From a virus: a DNA stretch of 64,000 nucleotides. The translations under genes were made by a program, and so were the position numbers. Numbering within the stretch: the first letter of the stretch is position 1; every line of letters begins with the position of its first letter. Location of the stretch: IMG/VR virus record IMGVR_UViG_3300047311_000323, positions 1 through 64,000 of that record. One strand, given 5' to 3'. Below, in pieces: positions 50,591 to 59,443 of this stretch. The notes under the pieces are model-generated. The model was not told where the DNA came from, did no database searches, and saw only the letters and a program-made list of their open reading frames with translations.

Positions 50591-51499
50591 TTAGGACATT
50601 GCTTTCCAGCCATCATAGCTGTGAACACATTGTCCAACGAAGCTAGAATTACCAGTTACTCTAAATGTATTAGAGATTGTAGTGTGCTCGGTTTCCATTG
50701 CGGTCTTGGTTGCACCGAAATAGGTTACATAACTTGGAGTTACGCTAATGGTTTCAGATCCACACATAAGCGGGATATTCAAACCGGCCTGAGAAGCATA
50801 ATCATACCATGGTTGGAAGAACGTAATCTGTCCAGGGCCATCAGTACCGTTATCGGCTGCGTGGTCACGATAAGCACCAACAACAGTTAGATCGGAGTTG
50901 TCCATAATGTGTTCACCGTCTTGAGCAGACTTTCCATTATAGGTGAAAGATGCGCGGGTGCCGTCGTTGTCCTTAAGGAAGAATCCAGCAAAGCAACCAA
51001 CTGGAACATTCAAAGTGGTTCTAAACATTCTCATTAGATCACAGAAGCCTGCTGCGTTAGTAGCGTTGTCATAGTTTGTGTCAGTCCAGTACTCAGCGTC
51101 AAACATTACACCGTCAAAATTATTAGTGGCAGTAGTGGTTTGATTCTGGAACCAAAGAAGATTCTTTAGAATGTTAGTAGCTACCCAAGAGTGGTTTGAA
51201 CCCCAATCGGTGCTGCCAGCAAGTGCCCAAACTTTAATACCACTTCTGTGAGCGGCATCAATAAATTTGCGTAGAGTAGTTAGCTTAGTAGAAGTCCAGT
51301 TAGAGCCTCCAAGATACTGCCACATATCTAAAAATAGATAGTTGATACCTTGAGTTCCACAGAAGCTTAGCAAGCTGTTCATTTTAGTGTCAGAGCTTAA
51401 TGGATCTTGTGATGAGTTAGAAGTAACCCAAACAAACATTCCTCTTCCTAAATTACTGTTTGGTGGTACTGGTGGCGTAGAAAGTGCGTTTACAACCAT
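50591..51499 (-). CDS. Putative glycoside hydrolase-like TIM-barrel protein
   Basis: GMFVW...GINYLFL...FIDAAHRSGIKVWAL...FDGVMFDAEYW resembles GH18/GH-like barrels (DGxxxDxE). Confidence 0.55.
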   Translation of the reverse strand: MVVNALSTPPVPPNSNLGRGMFVWVTSNSSQDPLSSDTKMNSLLSFCGTQGINYLFLDMWQYLGGSNWTSTKLTTLRKFIDAAHRSGIKVWALAGSTDWGSNHSWVATNILKNLLWFQNQTTTATNNFDGVMFDAEYWTDTNYDNATNAAGFCDLMRMFRTTLNVPVGCFAGFFLKDNDGTRASFTYNGKSAQDGEHIMDNSDLTVVGAYRDHAADNGTDGPGQITFFQPWYDYASQAGLNIPLMCGSETISVTPSYVTYFGATKTAMETEHTTISNTFRVTGNSSFVGQCVHSYDGWKAMS

Positions 51500-51569
51500 G
51501 TGTTAGTTCCCCTGTTAAAGTTATAACTTTTCCTTACTAACCAATGTTATTTTATTAGTTGTCGGACGA

Positions 51570-52607
51570 TCAGAACTCTAAATAATCGAACGAACCTAAT
51601 GTAGTTGAGGCTGTCACTGCGTCCGGCCTACTGTTGATGAATATAAAGTTGGGTCCTGCAATAGCAATAGGAATTTCCCATTCATAATAAGAGACTACTT
51701 GGTTAGCCGAACCATATCTAATTGATCCACTCAAATTTTTCTGAGCCAAATTTGCTGTTAATGGACTTCCTGTTGCTTGAACAGTAACAGCTCCGTTCGT
51801 AACAGTGGATCCAGCTCTAACAGCCAATAAATAGCATGTTTTGCCAGTTGGAATATAATGGTGCGCCCAGAAAGTAGAGTTGTCAGTAGCTGCAATAGTG
51901 CCTACAGTACCGCCGCCTCCAGCATTGTTTACAAACAATGAAACAGTTCCAACATTAGACCCTGTAGATCCAACTGTAATAACTTCCATCTTCTCAATGA
52001 ATTGGATATCGCTAACAGATGTAGCCACGGCAGTGATACCATTCATAGTTACTGTGGTTGTTTTTGGACCAACCATACTACCATCATAGTAAGTTATCTT
52101 AACTGTACGAGCGCCTGTACCAGCCGAAGTATCGTTAGCGCTGGAAGATGAAACGCTTCTTGTAGCGGCGGCTACTGGTTGAATATAAGTTGTTGCACGC
52201 AATGAAACGGTTGTCGCTGCTGATGTAGGAACATAACCATTTACTGTTCCAGAATTGACTCCTGGAAGAATACCAAATGCAGAGGCGTAACTAATGTCAG
52301 TATAGACGGGATCTCCAAAAGAATCTGTTCTAGAAATTCTTTTGTTTGCGGTAGGCTGATAGTTGGTTGTAAAATCTGTTTTATCGGAGTCGTTTTGTCC
52401 CTGAGAATAACCACCAGTAATAATACTGTCTGGAACTGTTCCTTTCCAAATAGTACATGCATGTACTTCTGGAATATCATAAAAATAAACAGTATAAACG
52501 GTGCCATCATCATCATATTGATAAACACCGCTTTTAGTAGATAAAATTGTTTTCCAATCTGTCCAAGTATAGCTTCTAACAATAAAATTTGCAAACGATA
52601 TAGCCAT
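51570..52607 (-). CDS. Modular virion accessory protein (domain A + domain C)
   Basis: N-terminus shared with 52616 gene (QYDDDG..Y...IWKGTVP...D..DF.TNY); C-terminus shared with 52616 and 53861 genes. Confidence 0.65.
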   Translation of the reverse strand: MAISFANFIVRSYTWTDWKTILSTKSGVYQYDDDGTVYTVYFYDIPEVHACTIWKGTVPDSIITGGYSQGQNDSDKTDFTTNYQPTANKRISRTDSFGDPVYTDISYASAFGILPGVNSGTVNGYVPTSAATTVSLRATTYIQPVAAATRSVSSSSANDTSAGTGARTVKITYYDGSMVGPKTTTVTMNGITAVATSVSDIQFIEKMEVITVGSTGSNVGTVSLFVNNAGGGGTVGTIAATDNSTFWAHHYIPTGKTCYLLAVRAGSTVTNGAVTVQATGSPLTANLAQKNLSGSIRYGSANQVVSYYEWEIPIAIAGPNFIFINSRPDAVTASTTLGSFDYLEF

Positions 52608-52615
52608 GTTATTCC

Positions 52616-53857
52616 TTATTGCTCATAGTAGTCGAAAGCGCCACGATATGTCAATGATGTGTTAGCTTCAGTAGTTACGTACATTATAATTCTTCCAGGG
52701 CCCACTAACTGAATTGGAGTTCCATAGTTACGTGTGTTGGTTCCCGACTGTGTAGCAGATCGAACGTAGTCTGAGATCTGAGCTTCAACCGCCGTTGCAA
52801 CTCCAATAGTTTTTCCTTTAAGAAAGAAAAGGGCTCCTCCACCATTGACAACTACGGATTGTGATGTGATGTATAATGTTTTACCAGTAGCAACGTAATG
52901 GTGTGCCCAATAAGTACGATTGTCTCCAACCGCAATAGTTCCAACTGCACCACCACCACCAGCCGTGGCAGCGAAGAGTGTAATTGTGCCAGCGTTAGAA
53001 CCGCCAGATCCAACCGATACAACTTCTATCTTCTCGATGAAACAGATGGTGGTAGAAACGGTATTAACGTTCGCTGTTCCATTGAGATTGATAGTCTCAG
53101 TAGAAGGGCCCGCTCCCGTGCTGTCATAATAAGTGATCTTGATTTGACGTGCGCCAGTACCAGCAGAGTTAGTATCATTAGCACTTGAGGAAGCTACTGA
53201 ACGCTGAGCATTAGCACTCTGCTCAGTATATGTAGTTCTTCTTACAACAGATGTAGTAATAGATGATAAAGCAATATCACCAAACGAGAATCCACTTGTT
53301 GTAGATGCTCCGGCAGGAGCAGTAACAATTCTACCAGAAGAATCTGTTAAAATGGTTTGTGCATTAGTGCCGTCAAAACCACCAATCAAAACAGGATTTC
53401 CAATGGCAGTAGCGCCATCTGCTGCACGCCCCTCTACCTGAGAAGTAGATGAACCAGTAATAGCAACTTGAACACGACCATAACCATCAGTAGCAATAGA
53501 TTGAGCGTTAGTTCCATCTTGCCCGGCCACCAAAACTGGATTGGAAGCAATAGTCTGTCCATCTCGTGATATTTGTAAACCGATAGGCTTATTTGCATTA
53601 GCTTTATAGTTGGTTTCGAAATCTGATTTATCAGCATCATTGGTAGCTTGAGCATAACCCGCAGCAATAACATTGTTAGGTACGGTTCCCTTCCAGATTA
53701 TAGTTACATAAGCTATAGATGGACCATCAAATGCAAATATGCTGTAGACTACTCCATCATCATCATATTGCATAAGTAATAACTTACTTGCAACCGAAGC
53801 TTTAAAAGCGGTCCAAAATCCTGATATGACAGAGGGTGCATTTATATTAAGTGGCAT
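52616..53857 (-). CDS. Modular fibre-like protein (domain A + GxDGTN repeats + domain C)
   Basis: Two NPVL.GG.DGTNAQ repeats between the shared domains. Confidence 0.65.
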   Translation of the reverse strand: MPLNINAPSVISGFWTAFKASVASKLLLMQYDDDGVVYSIFAFDGPSIAYVTIIWKGTVPNNVIAAGYAQATNDADKSDFETNYKANANKPIGLQISRDGQTIASNPVLVAGQDGTNAQSIATDGYGRVQVAITGSSTSQVEGRAADGATAIGNPVLIGGFDGTNAQTILTDSSGRIVTAPAGASTTSGFSFGDIALSSITTSVVRRTTYTEQSANAQRSVASSSANDTNSAGTGARQIKITYYDSTGAGPSTETINLNGTANVNTVSTTICFIEKIEVVSVGSGGSNAGTITLFAATAGGGGAVGTIAVGDNRTYWAHHYVATGKTLYITSQSVVVNGGGALFFLKGKTIGVATAVEAQISDYVRSATQSGTNTRNYGTPIQLVGPGRIIMYVTTEANTSLTYRGAFDYYEQ

Positions 53858-53860
53858 TGT

Positions 53861-56245
53861 TTATAGCTCCCAGAAATTAAAGCCGCCAAAGAAGGGGGTG
53901 TTAGAGCCATTAGGTACTACATACAAAGTAATTCTAGCAGGACCAGGTATTCTTAGGGGCACAACGAAATTACGGACTACAGATGAAGTATTCGCTGAAA
54001 ATACAATAGAGTCAGTAATCATTTTCTCGGCAGAAGTAGTTACCGTAGGATCCACATTCATAATGAATGTAGTAGCTCCTTGATTGGTATTAGTTCCGGC
54101 CATAAAAGATGTTAAGTTCATAGTTATGCCTGATGCAACATAATGATGAGCCCATATAGTCTGATTATCTCCTCTACCATTTGCGATATTATTAATACTG
54201 ATAGTTCCAATCGTACCACCACCTCCACCAGTTGATACGAAAAGTGATATAATTCCAATATTAGAACCATTGGATCCCACACTTACAACTTCCATTTTCT
54301 CAATAAAACAAATGTTGGTGTTGGAAGTATTAACTGGTGTAGTACCATTTAGAGTAACTGTTTCAGTAAATGGTCCAGTCATTGTAACAGTATAATATGT
54401 TATCATTACTTGGCGAGCGCCCGTACCCGCTGAAGTATCGCTGGCATTACCTGAAGAGACAGATCTTTGTGCGTTAGCGCTTTGTTGAGTATAAGTTGTA
54501 GCCCTTACAGCTTGGAGTGTATTGGCTGTACCAATAACACGTCCAAAACTAATGCCTCTCAAAGAATTAGATGGCGCACCATAATCTACTGTATATACAT
54601 TTCCTATAGTATCAGTTGTAATTGACTGTACATTAGTGCCGTCTTGGCCACCCATCAAAACTGGATTGCCAGTTACGGCGGCCCCATCAGCAGCCGCACC
54701 AACTACAATGGCGCGGCCTGATGTATCAGTTAATTTGGTCTGAACATTGGTGCCGTCAAATCCTGCAGTAAGAACTGGATTGCCAGAGACGGCAGCACCA
54801 TCCGCAGCCAAACCTTCTACGGCTACCTTTTGCTCTCCAGCAGTTAAAACAGTAACGGCACTACCATTGATCTGAGTTTGGTTAAATGACCAAGGTGGAG
54901 TTCCCTGTTGAACAGTCCAAGTTCCACTTTGAGAAGCTGGAATGGCTGTTTGATCAGAAGCAATGACCATTGGCACAGAGTTGGCCATTGTTTTTTGACC
55001 AACTGTGGGAGCAGTTGAGCCCAACCAAGCGCCTATGTTAGTATCTAATCTGCCACCAACTAAAGCTCCTGGTAATTGTGTAGAACTTACTGGTTGAGTA
55101 ACTGCACTACCATCTACTTTAAGGGCATTAGAGGCGGTTACAGTTGCTGAATTACCACCCTGACTAATAGTTGTAAGCCAGGGTGTTGTGTTGGCGGTAT
55201 TTCCAGGTTGCACGGTCCAAGTACCAGATTGTGTAGCTAGAATATTAGAATCATTGGATACTGTTACTCTTGGAATACCAGCGCCACTAGTTCCTGTTCC
55301 AGTAACAACATTGCTGCCACCAAACTGAGAAACGTTTTCTACCCAAGGAGAAGTCCCCTGATTGGATGTTACTGTTCCAGAAACTGGTTGTATGGTTGTT
55401 CCAGTTGGATCTACTCTTACAGTACCATCGGTGGCTGTTCTAATTGAGCGTGCATTTGTTCCATCAGAACCCGCTATCAAAACTGGATTGCCGGCCACCG
55501 CAGCGCCATTGGCGGCTGCTCCAATGATGATTTGTCTACCAGATGAATCAGTGAAAAATGGTCGAAGGTTAACGCCATCTGAACCGCCTACTTGAACAGC
55601 AGTAGATGGAATGGCTATTCCGATTGTAGTTTCGGAGGCTAGTTGTGCCCTTAGATTCGAGGCGGTAGGTTGTACTACTGTAAAATCACCAGTACCAGAT
55701 ACCGTCCAAGAACCACCTTGATTAGCAGTTACGGTTCCAGAGATTGGTTGAGTTGTAGTTCCAGTTGGGTCAATTCTGATTGGATCAGAAGAGGTTCCAA
55801 ATTCAACAGAACCTCCACCCGATGCTTTACGTAAACCAACACCCAAAATCCACTGTGTGCCACCACCAGTATCCAAATCAAAAATTCTAGCTGGTCGTAG
55901 ATTAGTACCATCACTTCCGCCAATTAGCGTAGAGAAACCCGGAATAGCTGCATCGTTAGCACTAACAGAAGCATTGGAAGCAGTAATATTTCCAGAAATA
56001 GGAATTGGAGTTCCTAGAGGGTCTCCTTGAATAGTAATAACACCACCATAAGGAACTCCTGGAAATCCGGCACCAACTATAAGTTGGTATCCGTCAGAAG
56101 TAACTTTGATAAATCTAGCATTAGTACCATCAGAACCGGCACTTATTAGTGATGAGGTGGCGGCAGGAATGACGGTGCCATTCTCAACGGCCATTGCATC
56201 GCCATCAATATCATATAGTACTGCTTCTGCGCCTTGTCCTGACAT
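53861..56245 (-). CDS. Modular fibre-like protein (domain B + about six GxDGTN repeats + domain C)
   Basis: Repeats such as GNPVLIAGSDGTN, GNPVLTAGFDGTN, GNPVLMGGQDGTN; C-terminal SAGTGARQV.ITYY...WAHHYV. Confidence 0.65.
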   Translation of the reverse strand: MSGQGAEAVLYDIDGDAMAVENGTVIPAATSSLISAGSDGTNARFIKVTSDGYQLIVGAGFPGVPYGGVITIQGDPLGTPIPISGNITASNASVSANDAAIPGFSTLIGGSDGTNLRPARIFDLDTGGGTQWILGVGLRKASGGGSVEFGTSSDPIRIDPTGTTTQPISGTVTANQGGSWTVSGTGDFTVVQPTASNLRAQLASETTIGIAIPSTAVQVGGSDGVNLRPFFTDSSGRQIIIGAAANGAAVAGNPVLIAGSDGTNARSIRTATDGTVRVDPTGTTIQPVSGTVTSNQGTSPWVENVSQFGGSNVVTGTGTSGAGIPRVTVSNDSNILATQSGTWTVQPGNTANTTPWLTTISQGGNSATVTASNALKVDGSAVTQPVSSTQLPGALVGGRLDTNIGAWLGSTAPTVGQKTMANSVPMVIASDQTAIPASQSGTWTVQQGTPPWSFNQTQINGSAVTVLTAGEQKVAVEGLAADGAAVSGNPVLTAGFDGTNVQTKLTDTSGRAIVVGAAADGAAVTGNPVLMGGQDGTNVQSITTDTIGNVYTVDYGAPSNSLRGISFGRVIGTANTLQAVRATTYTQQSANAQRSVSSGNASDTSAGTGARQVMITYYTVTMTGPFTETVTLNGTTPVNTSNTNICFIEKMEVVSVGSNGSNIGIISLFVSTGGGGGTIGTISINNIANGRGDNQTIWAHHYVASGITMNLTSFMAGTNTNQGATTFIMNVDPTVTTSAEKMITDSIVFSANTSSVVRNFVVPLRIPGPARITLYVVPNGSNTPFFGGFNFWEL

Positions 56246-56286
56246 GTTTCTCTCTTCTTAGTTTAATGCTGAATTATGAACAAAAT

Positions 56287-56316
56287 AAAAAGCTTGCTAT
56301 TACTAGCAAGCTTTTT
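56287..56316 (-). terminator. Intrinsic terminator (possibly bidirectional)
   Basis: AAAAAGCTTGCTA-TTAC-TAGCAAGCTTTTT; GUAA tetraloop on the minus strand. Confidence 0.8.
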
Positions 56317-56346
56317 AAATAATTCACTTATTCCCAATCAATCAGA

Positions 56347-57390
56347 TTATGGGGTCAATTCAGTTACAAGCACAGTTCCGACTGTGGCACCTGGTGCGAA
56401 AGCATCGATGTTTCCAGTGTAGTCGTTTGGAACTTCCCAATATGCTTGCTTAAATAGTGGGGTAGTAAAACTAGTAGTGCTTGCAGTAGTACCAAGCTTG
56501 ATGTATAGAGTCTTGTCAGTGTTATTGAAGATAGATACAAATACTCTGGTAGGACTAGATGCGATCAAAGTATTGTTGGCGTTAGGCGTAATAGCTACAG
56601 AAGTAACAGTGGAAGTAGCTGCCTTGTTGGTAGTTACGAATCCTGTGACACGCAAGTTACCAGAAGTATCTAATGATAGTGGGTTAAGCTGTCCAGTGGT
56701 GTATGTTGGAGCGGCTGTAGTTACATAACCACCACTGTTCATTACGTCAGCAGCAGTAGCGTTTGCGGTACCAACTGCATATACACCATCAATTCTCAAA
56801 CCACCAAGAGTAGTTAGAGATAGCGCGCTTAGATTGCCGTTGACAAGTGTTGGTGCAGCAGTAGCTACGATACCACCTACCTGAGTATCAAATCCGAGGG
56901 CGGCAGCGTTGTCGCTTCCTACAGATGGATTGGCCGCAGTGATGTTACCGGTTACATAAATTGGATTAAGTGCAGAACCTTGAATCTGACCATAACCGTC
57001 GGTAATGGTGATTGGCCATGCATTGGCTAGAGTGTTTGGAGTTCCCTGGTTAGAAGTAACTGTACCGCTTACAACCCATGGGGAAGTAGACTGAGTTACA
57101 GCAACTGTGCCAGAGACAGAGCTGACTGCAACCGTACCAGATACAGGAACCGGAGCACCTGCCGGGTCTCCTTGGATAGTAAGTACGCCACCTACTGGAG
57201 TTCCAGCAGTACCGGCGCCAACCATGACAGGACGACCTAGGGAGTCGATTAGAATAGTACGAGTGTTTGTACCGTCATTGCCGGCAAACAAAATACTACG
57301 AGTTCCCGTAATAAACGGGTCCCCGGAGACTACGGCTAATTCATACCCGTCTGAGCTGAATAATACCGATGATGGAGATAGGCTTGACAT
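56347..57390 (-). CDS. Modular fibre-like protein (domain B + repeats + domain D)
   Basis: N-terminal SVLFSSDGYELAV like 53861 and 57452 genes; C-terminal LYIKLG.TAS.T.FT..LF...Y.EVP..YTG.IDA shared with 57452 gene. Confidence 0.65.
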   Translation of the reverse strand: MSSLSPSSVLFSSDGYELAVVSGDPFITGTRSILFAGNDGTNTRTILIDSLGRPVMVGAGTAGTPVGGVLTIQGDPAGAPVPVSGTVAVSSVSGTVAVTQSTSPWVVSGTVTSNQGTPNTLANAWPITITDGYGQIQGSALNPIYVTGNITAANPSVGSDNAAALGFDTQVGGIVATAAPTLVNGNLSALSLTTLGGLRIDGVYAVGTANATAADVMNSGGYVTTAAPTYTTGQLNPLSLDTSGNLRVTGFVTTNKAATSTVTSVAITPNANNTLIASSPTRVFVSIFNNTDKTLYIKLGTTASTTSFTTPLFKQAYWEVPNDYTGNIDAFAPGATVGTVLVTELTP

Positions 57391-57451
57391 AGTTGTTTTC
57401 CTAAGTTAAAATTATAACTTTCTACTACAATATGGGTTTAGTAGTAGTTTA

Positions 57452-57949
57452 TTATGGGGTTAATTCGTCTATTCTTGCAAATCCGTTAGCTGCCGACCAA
57501 ACTGCATCTATTTCTCCAGTATAACCATATGGAACTTCATAATAACTGAGAGGAAATAGTTTGATTGTGAAATCTGTTAAGCTGGCGGTACCACCCAGCT
57601 TAACATAAAGTAAAGCATTAGAGTCATTGTAAACAGTAGCTCCTAATCGAATTCCATTTGAGGGCAATAGAACAACACTAGAAACAGAACCCGCCACACT
57701 AGATGTGACGCTGATAGACGGTTTGGCTGCCGAAACAGTAAAAGAATTGTTTGGAGAAATGGCAACGACCAAAGCTCGGTCGGCTGGCGTGGCAGCAGTA
57801 TTAGATGGCGTAACCGCAACAGGACCATGTCCCGCCGGGTCATTTAATACGCTTTCTGTTTGTAAACGATAGACGTATCCATCGTAGAATACCCCTATGG
57901 GATTGCCAAGCTCGTCAAACAGAATTGCTGCTGGTGATTCATTTGACAT
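57452..57949 (-). CDS. Short modular protein (domain B + domain D)
   Basis: AILFDELGNPIGV; LYVKLGGTASLTDFTIKLFPLSYYEVPYGYTGEIDA; ends ELTP like 56347 gene. Confidence 0.65.
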   Translation of the reverse strand: MSNESPAAILFDELGNPIGVFYDGYVYRLQTESVLNDPAGHGPVAVTPSNTAATPADRALVVAISPNNSFTVSAAKPSISVTSSVAGSVSSVVLLPSNGIRLGATVYNDSNALLYVKLGGTASLTDFTIKLFPLSYYEVPYGYTGEIDAVWSAANGFARIDELTP

Positions 57950-58644
57950 TAGATTATCGTCCTTGTTCTTGTAGATTCAAAAGCAGTACTGTAAGTTATT
58001 GCATCGACAACAGTATGAATAATAGTAACTCCATCATAATCATACATGTTCCAATGAATCTGAGTTGGGAAATGGCTAGAGTTATATGTGATGAATTTCT
58101 CAACTAACTTTTTTGTTTTGGCAACATCTAGATACCATGTAATGGAAGAAGGGAATGGACTTCCTGTTGGAAGAACCTCTTTGAAAGCTCCAGACGCAAA
58201 GCCGTCTCCTGGACCTTCATCAATAAAATGAATGAGCTGCCTTAGCGTCTGATGCTCGAATGGTGTAATACCTCCACCACCACCAGAAGCAATTAGACCT
58301 TGAACATATCCATCAAGCTCATCGTATCCAATTGCTACGCCCTCAGAGAATCCATGAGAATACAACCAGGCACGTTGCCTGTCGCTGAACTGCAACAGAT
58401 CAATATTACTGGATACCAATTGAATATCACCATTCAAAAGTTTATGACGTAGAACGCCTTTCAATAGAGACGCCCTAATGTTAGATTCCTCAATTCCAGG
58501 AATCTGCAACAAATCTCTTGTATCACCAAAGTTAATTGGATAGTTGAAAATAGAAATAGTCTTCTTACGATCGGTGCAGGTATTTCTGACGATGAAGTGA
58601 GTATTATACTTTAGGGAATATGCGAAGTTACTTTCACTACTCAT
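57949..58644 (-). CDS. Virion accessory protein with the shared N-terminal domain
   Basis: FIVRN...ISIFNYPINFGDTRDLLQIPGIEESNIRASLLKG matches the N-termini of 45948 and 47768 genes. Confidence 0.65.
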   Translation of the reverse strand: MSSESNFAYSLKYNTHFIVRNTCTDRKKTISIFNYPINFGDTRDLLQIPGIEESNIRASLLKGVLRHKLLNGDIQLVSSNIDLLQFSDRQRAWLYSHGFSEGVAIGYDELDGYVQGLIASGGGGGITPFEHQTLRQLIHFIDEGPGDGFASGAFKEVLPTGSPFPSSITWYLDVAKTKKLVEKFITYNSSHFPTQIHWNMYDYDGVTIIHTVVDAITYSTAFESTRTRTII

Positions 58645-58647
58645 AGC

Positions 58648-59358
58648 TTATCCCTCTTTATGAAATCGGTCCCTAATGGTTATCGTGATGGTTCTTTCTA
58701 CATCTGGATTATCAGCGCTTGCTTTACACCCATCAAATAGTTTCTCTATCAACGAGTCATAACCTTTAGTGGCGACATCGCTCTTAGTGATTTCTAAAGC
58801 TTGCTTAACATCTTTACGAGTAAGATCTTCGTCCTTGGCAAGGATAACTCTAGTTAAATCGGTTTCACTCATTCTTGTCAAATCATCGTGAGTTAAACGA
58901 TATCTAACATTCAACAACTCTTCTAAATAATCAAAACTACCAACACCAGGCTGGTTCTGTGCTGCAAACTCTCCGTCATCAATACCGGTACGCATACCCT
59001 TATCAACTGCTGTCAATAGAATGCGAGCATTGCTGTCCTGCCATTCATGTTCTCTACCGTAAACATTCTTGAGGGCATTAAGTGAGTTACGTAATTTGGC
59101 AAAGTTCTTGACTCGTTGTGCTAGTCCCTCAGAAAGAAACATCTCACTACGGTTATAGTTCTGAAGACCCCTACGTGGATTGTATTCAGTTTCCTGATCA
59201 ATACGACGAGTGTCAAAAGCCATTTTGGTAAAACCTTGGCCAGAAGAAACGGATGCCAAAGCAACTTTTCTAAGTTGCCTGGATTGCTTTCTAGAACTCA
59301 CATTCTGTGAACCCCTAGAAATCAGATTGTAAAGCTCGGTAACCTCTAACAAACTCAT
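58648..59358 (-). CDS. Hypothetical protein
   Basis: 236 aa charged helical ORF with SD GAGGA. Confidence 0.65.
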   Translation of the reverse strand: MSLLEVTELYNLISRGSQNVSSRKQSRQLRKVALASVSSGQGFTKMAFDTRRIDQETEYNPRRGLQNYNRSEMFLSEGLAQRVKNFAKLRNSLNALKNVYGREHEWQDSNARILLTAVDKGMRTGIDDGEFAAQNQPGVGSFDYLEELLNVRYRLTHDDLTRMSETDLTRVILAKDEDLTRKDVKQALEITKSDVATKGYDSLIEKLFDGCKASADNPDVERTITITIRDRFHKEG

Positions 59359-59389
59359 TTTCCTCTGTCTTTTGATAGAACTCTATCAT

Positions 59390-59403
59390 AATGCCCTTTT
59401 ATT
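59390..59403 (-). promoter_or_regulatory. Candidate late-promoter motif
   Basis: AATAAAAGGGCATT upstream of the 58648..59358 operon. Confidence 0.4.
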
Positions 59404-59443
59404 ACACACCGCGCGCCTTGACACGTAATTTTTAAGTTTTAGA

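Noticed and set aside
45948-56245. Diversity-generating retroelement (TR/VR pair) among the paralogous fibre genes
   Set aside because: Paralog differences are mostly synonymous and not adenine-specific; no reverse transcriptase in the window
57420-57450. CTACTAC-N12-GTAGTAG hairpin as a terminator
   Set aside because: Weak stem, large loop, no immediate U-tract
45948-57949. Invertible (Mu G-segment-like) fibre switching
   Set aside because: All fibre genes are co-oriented; no flanking inverted recombination sites or invertase seen
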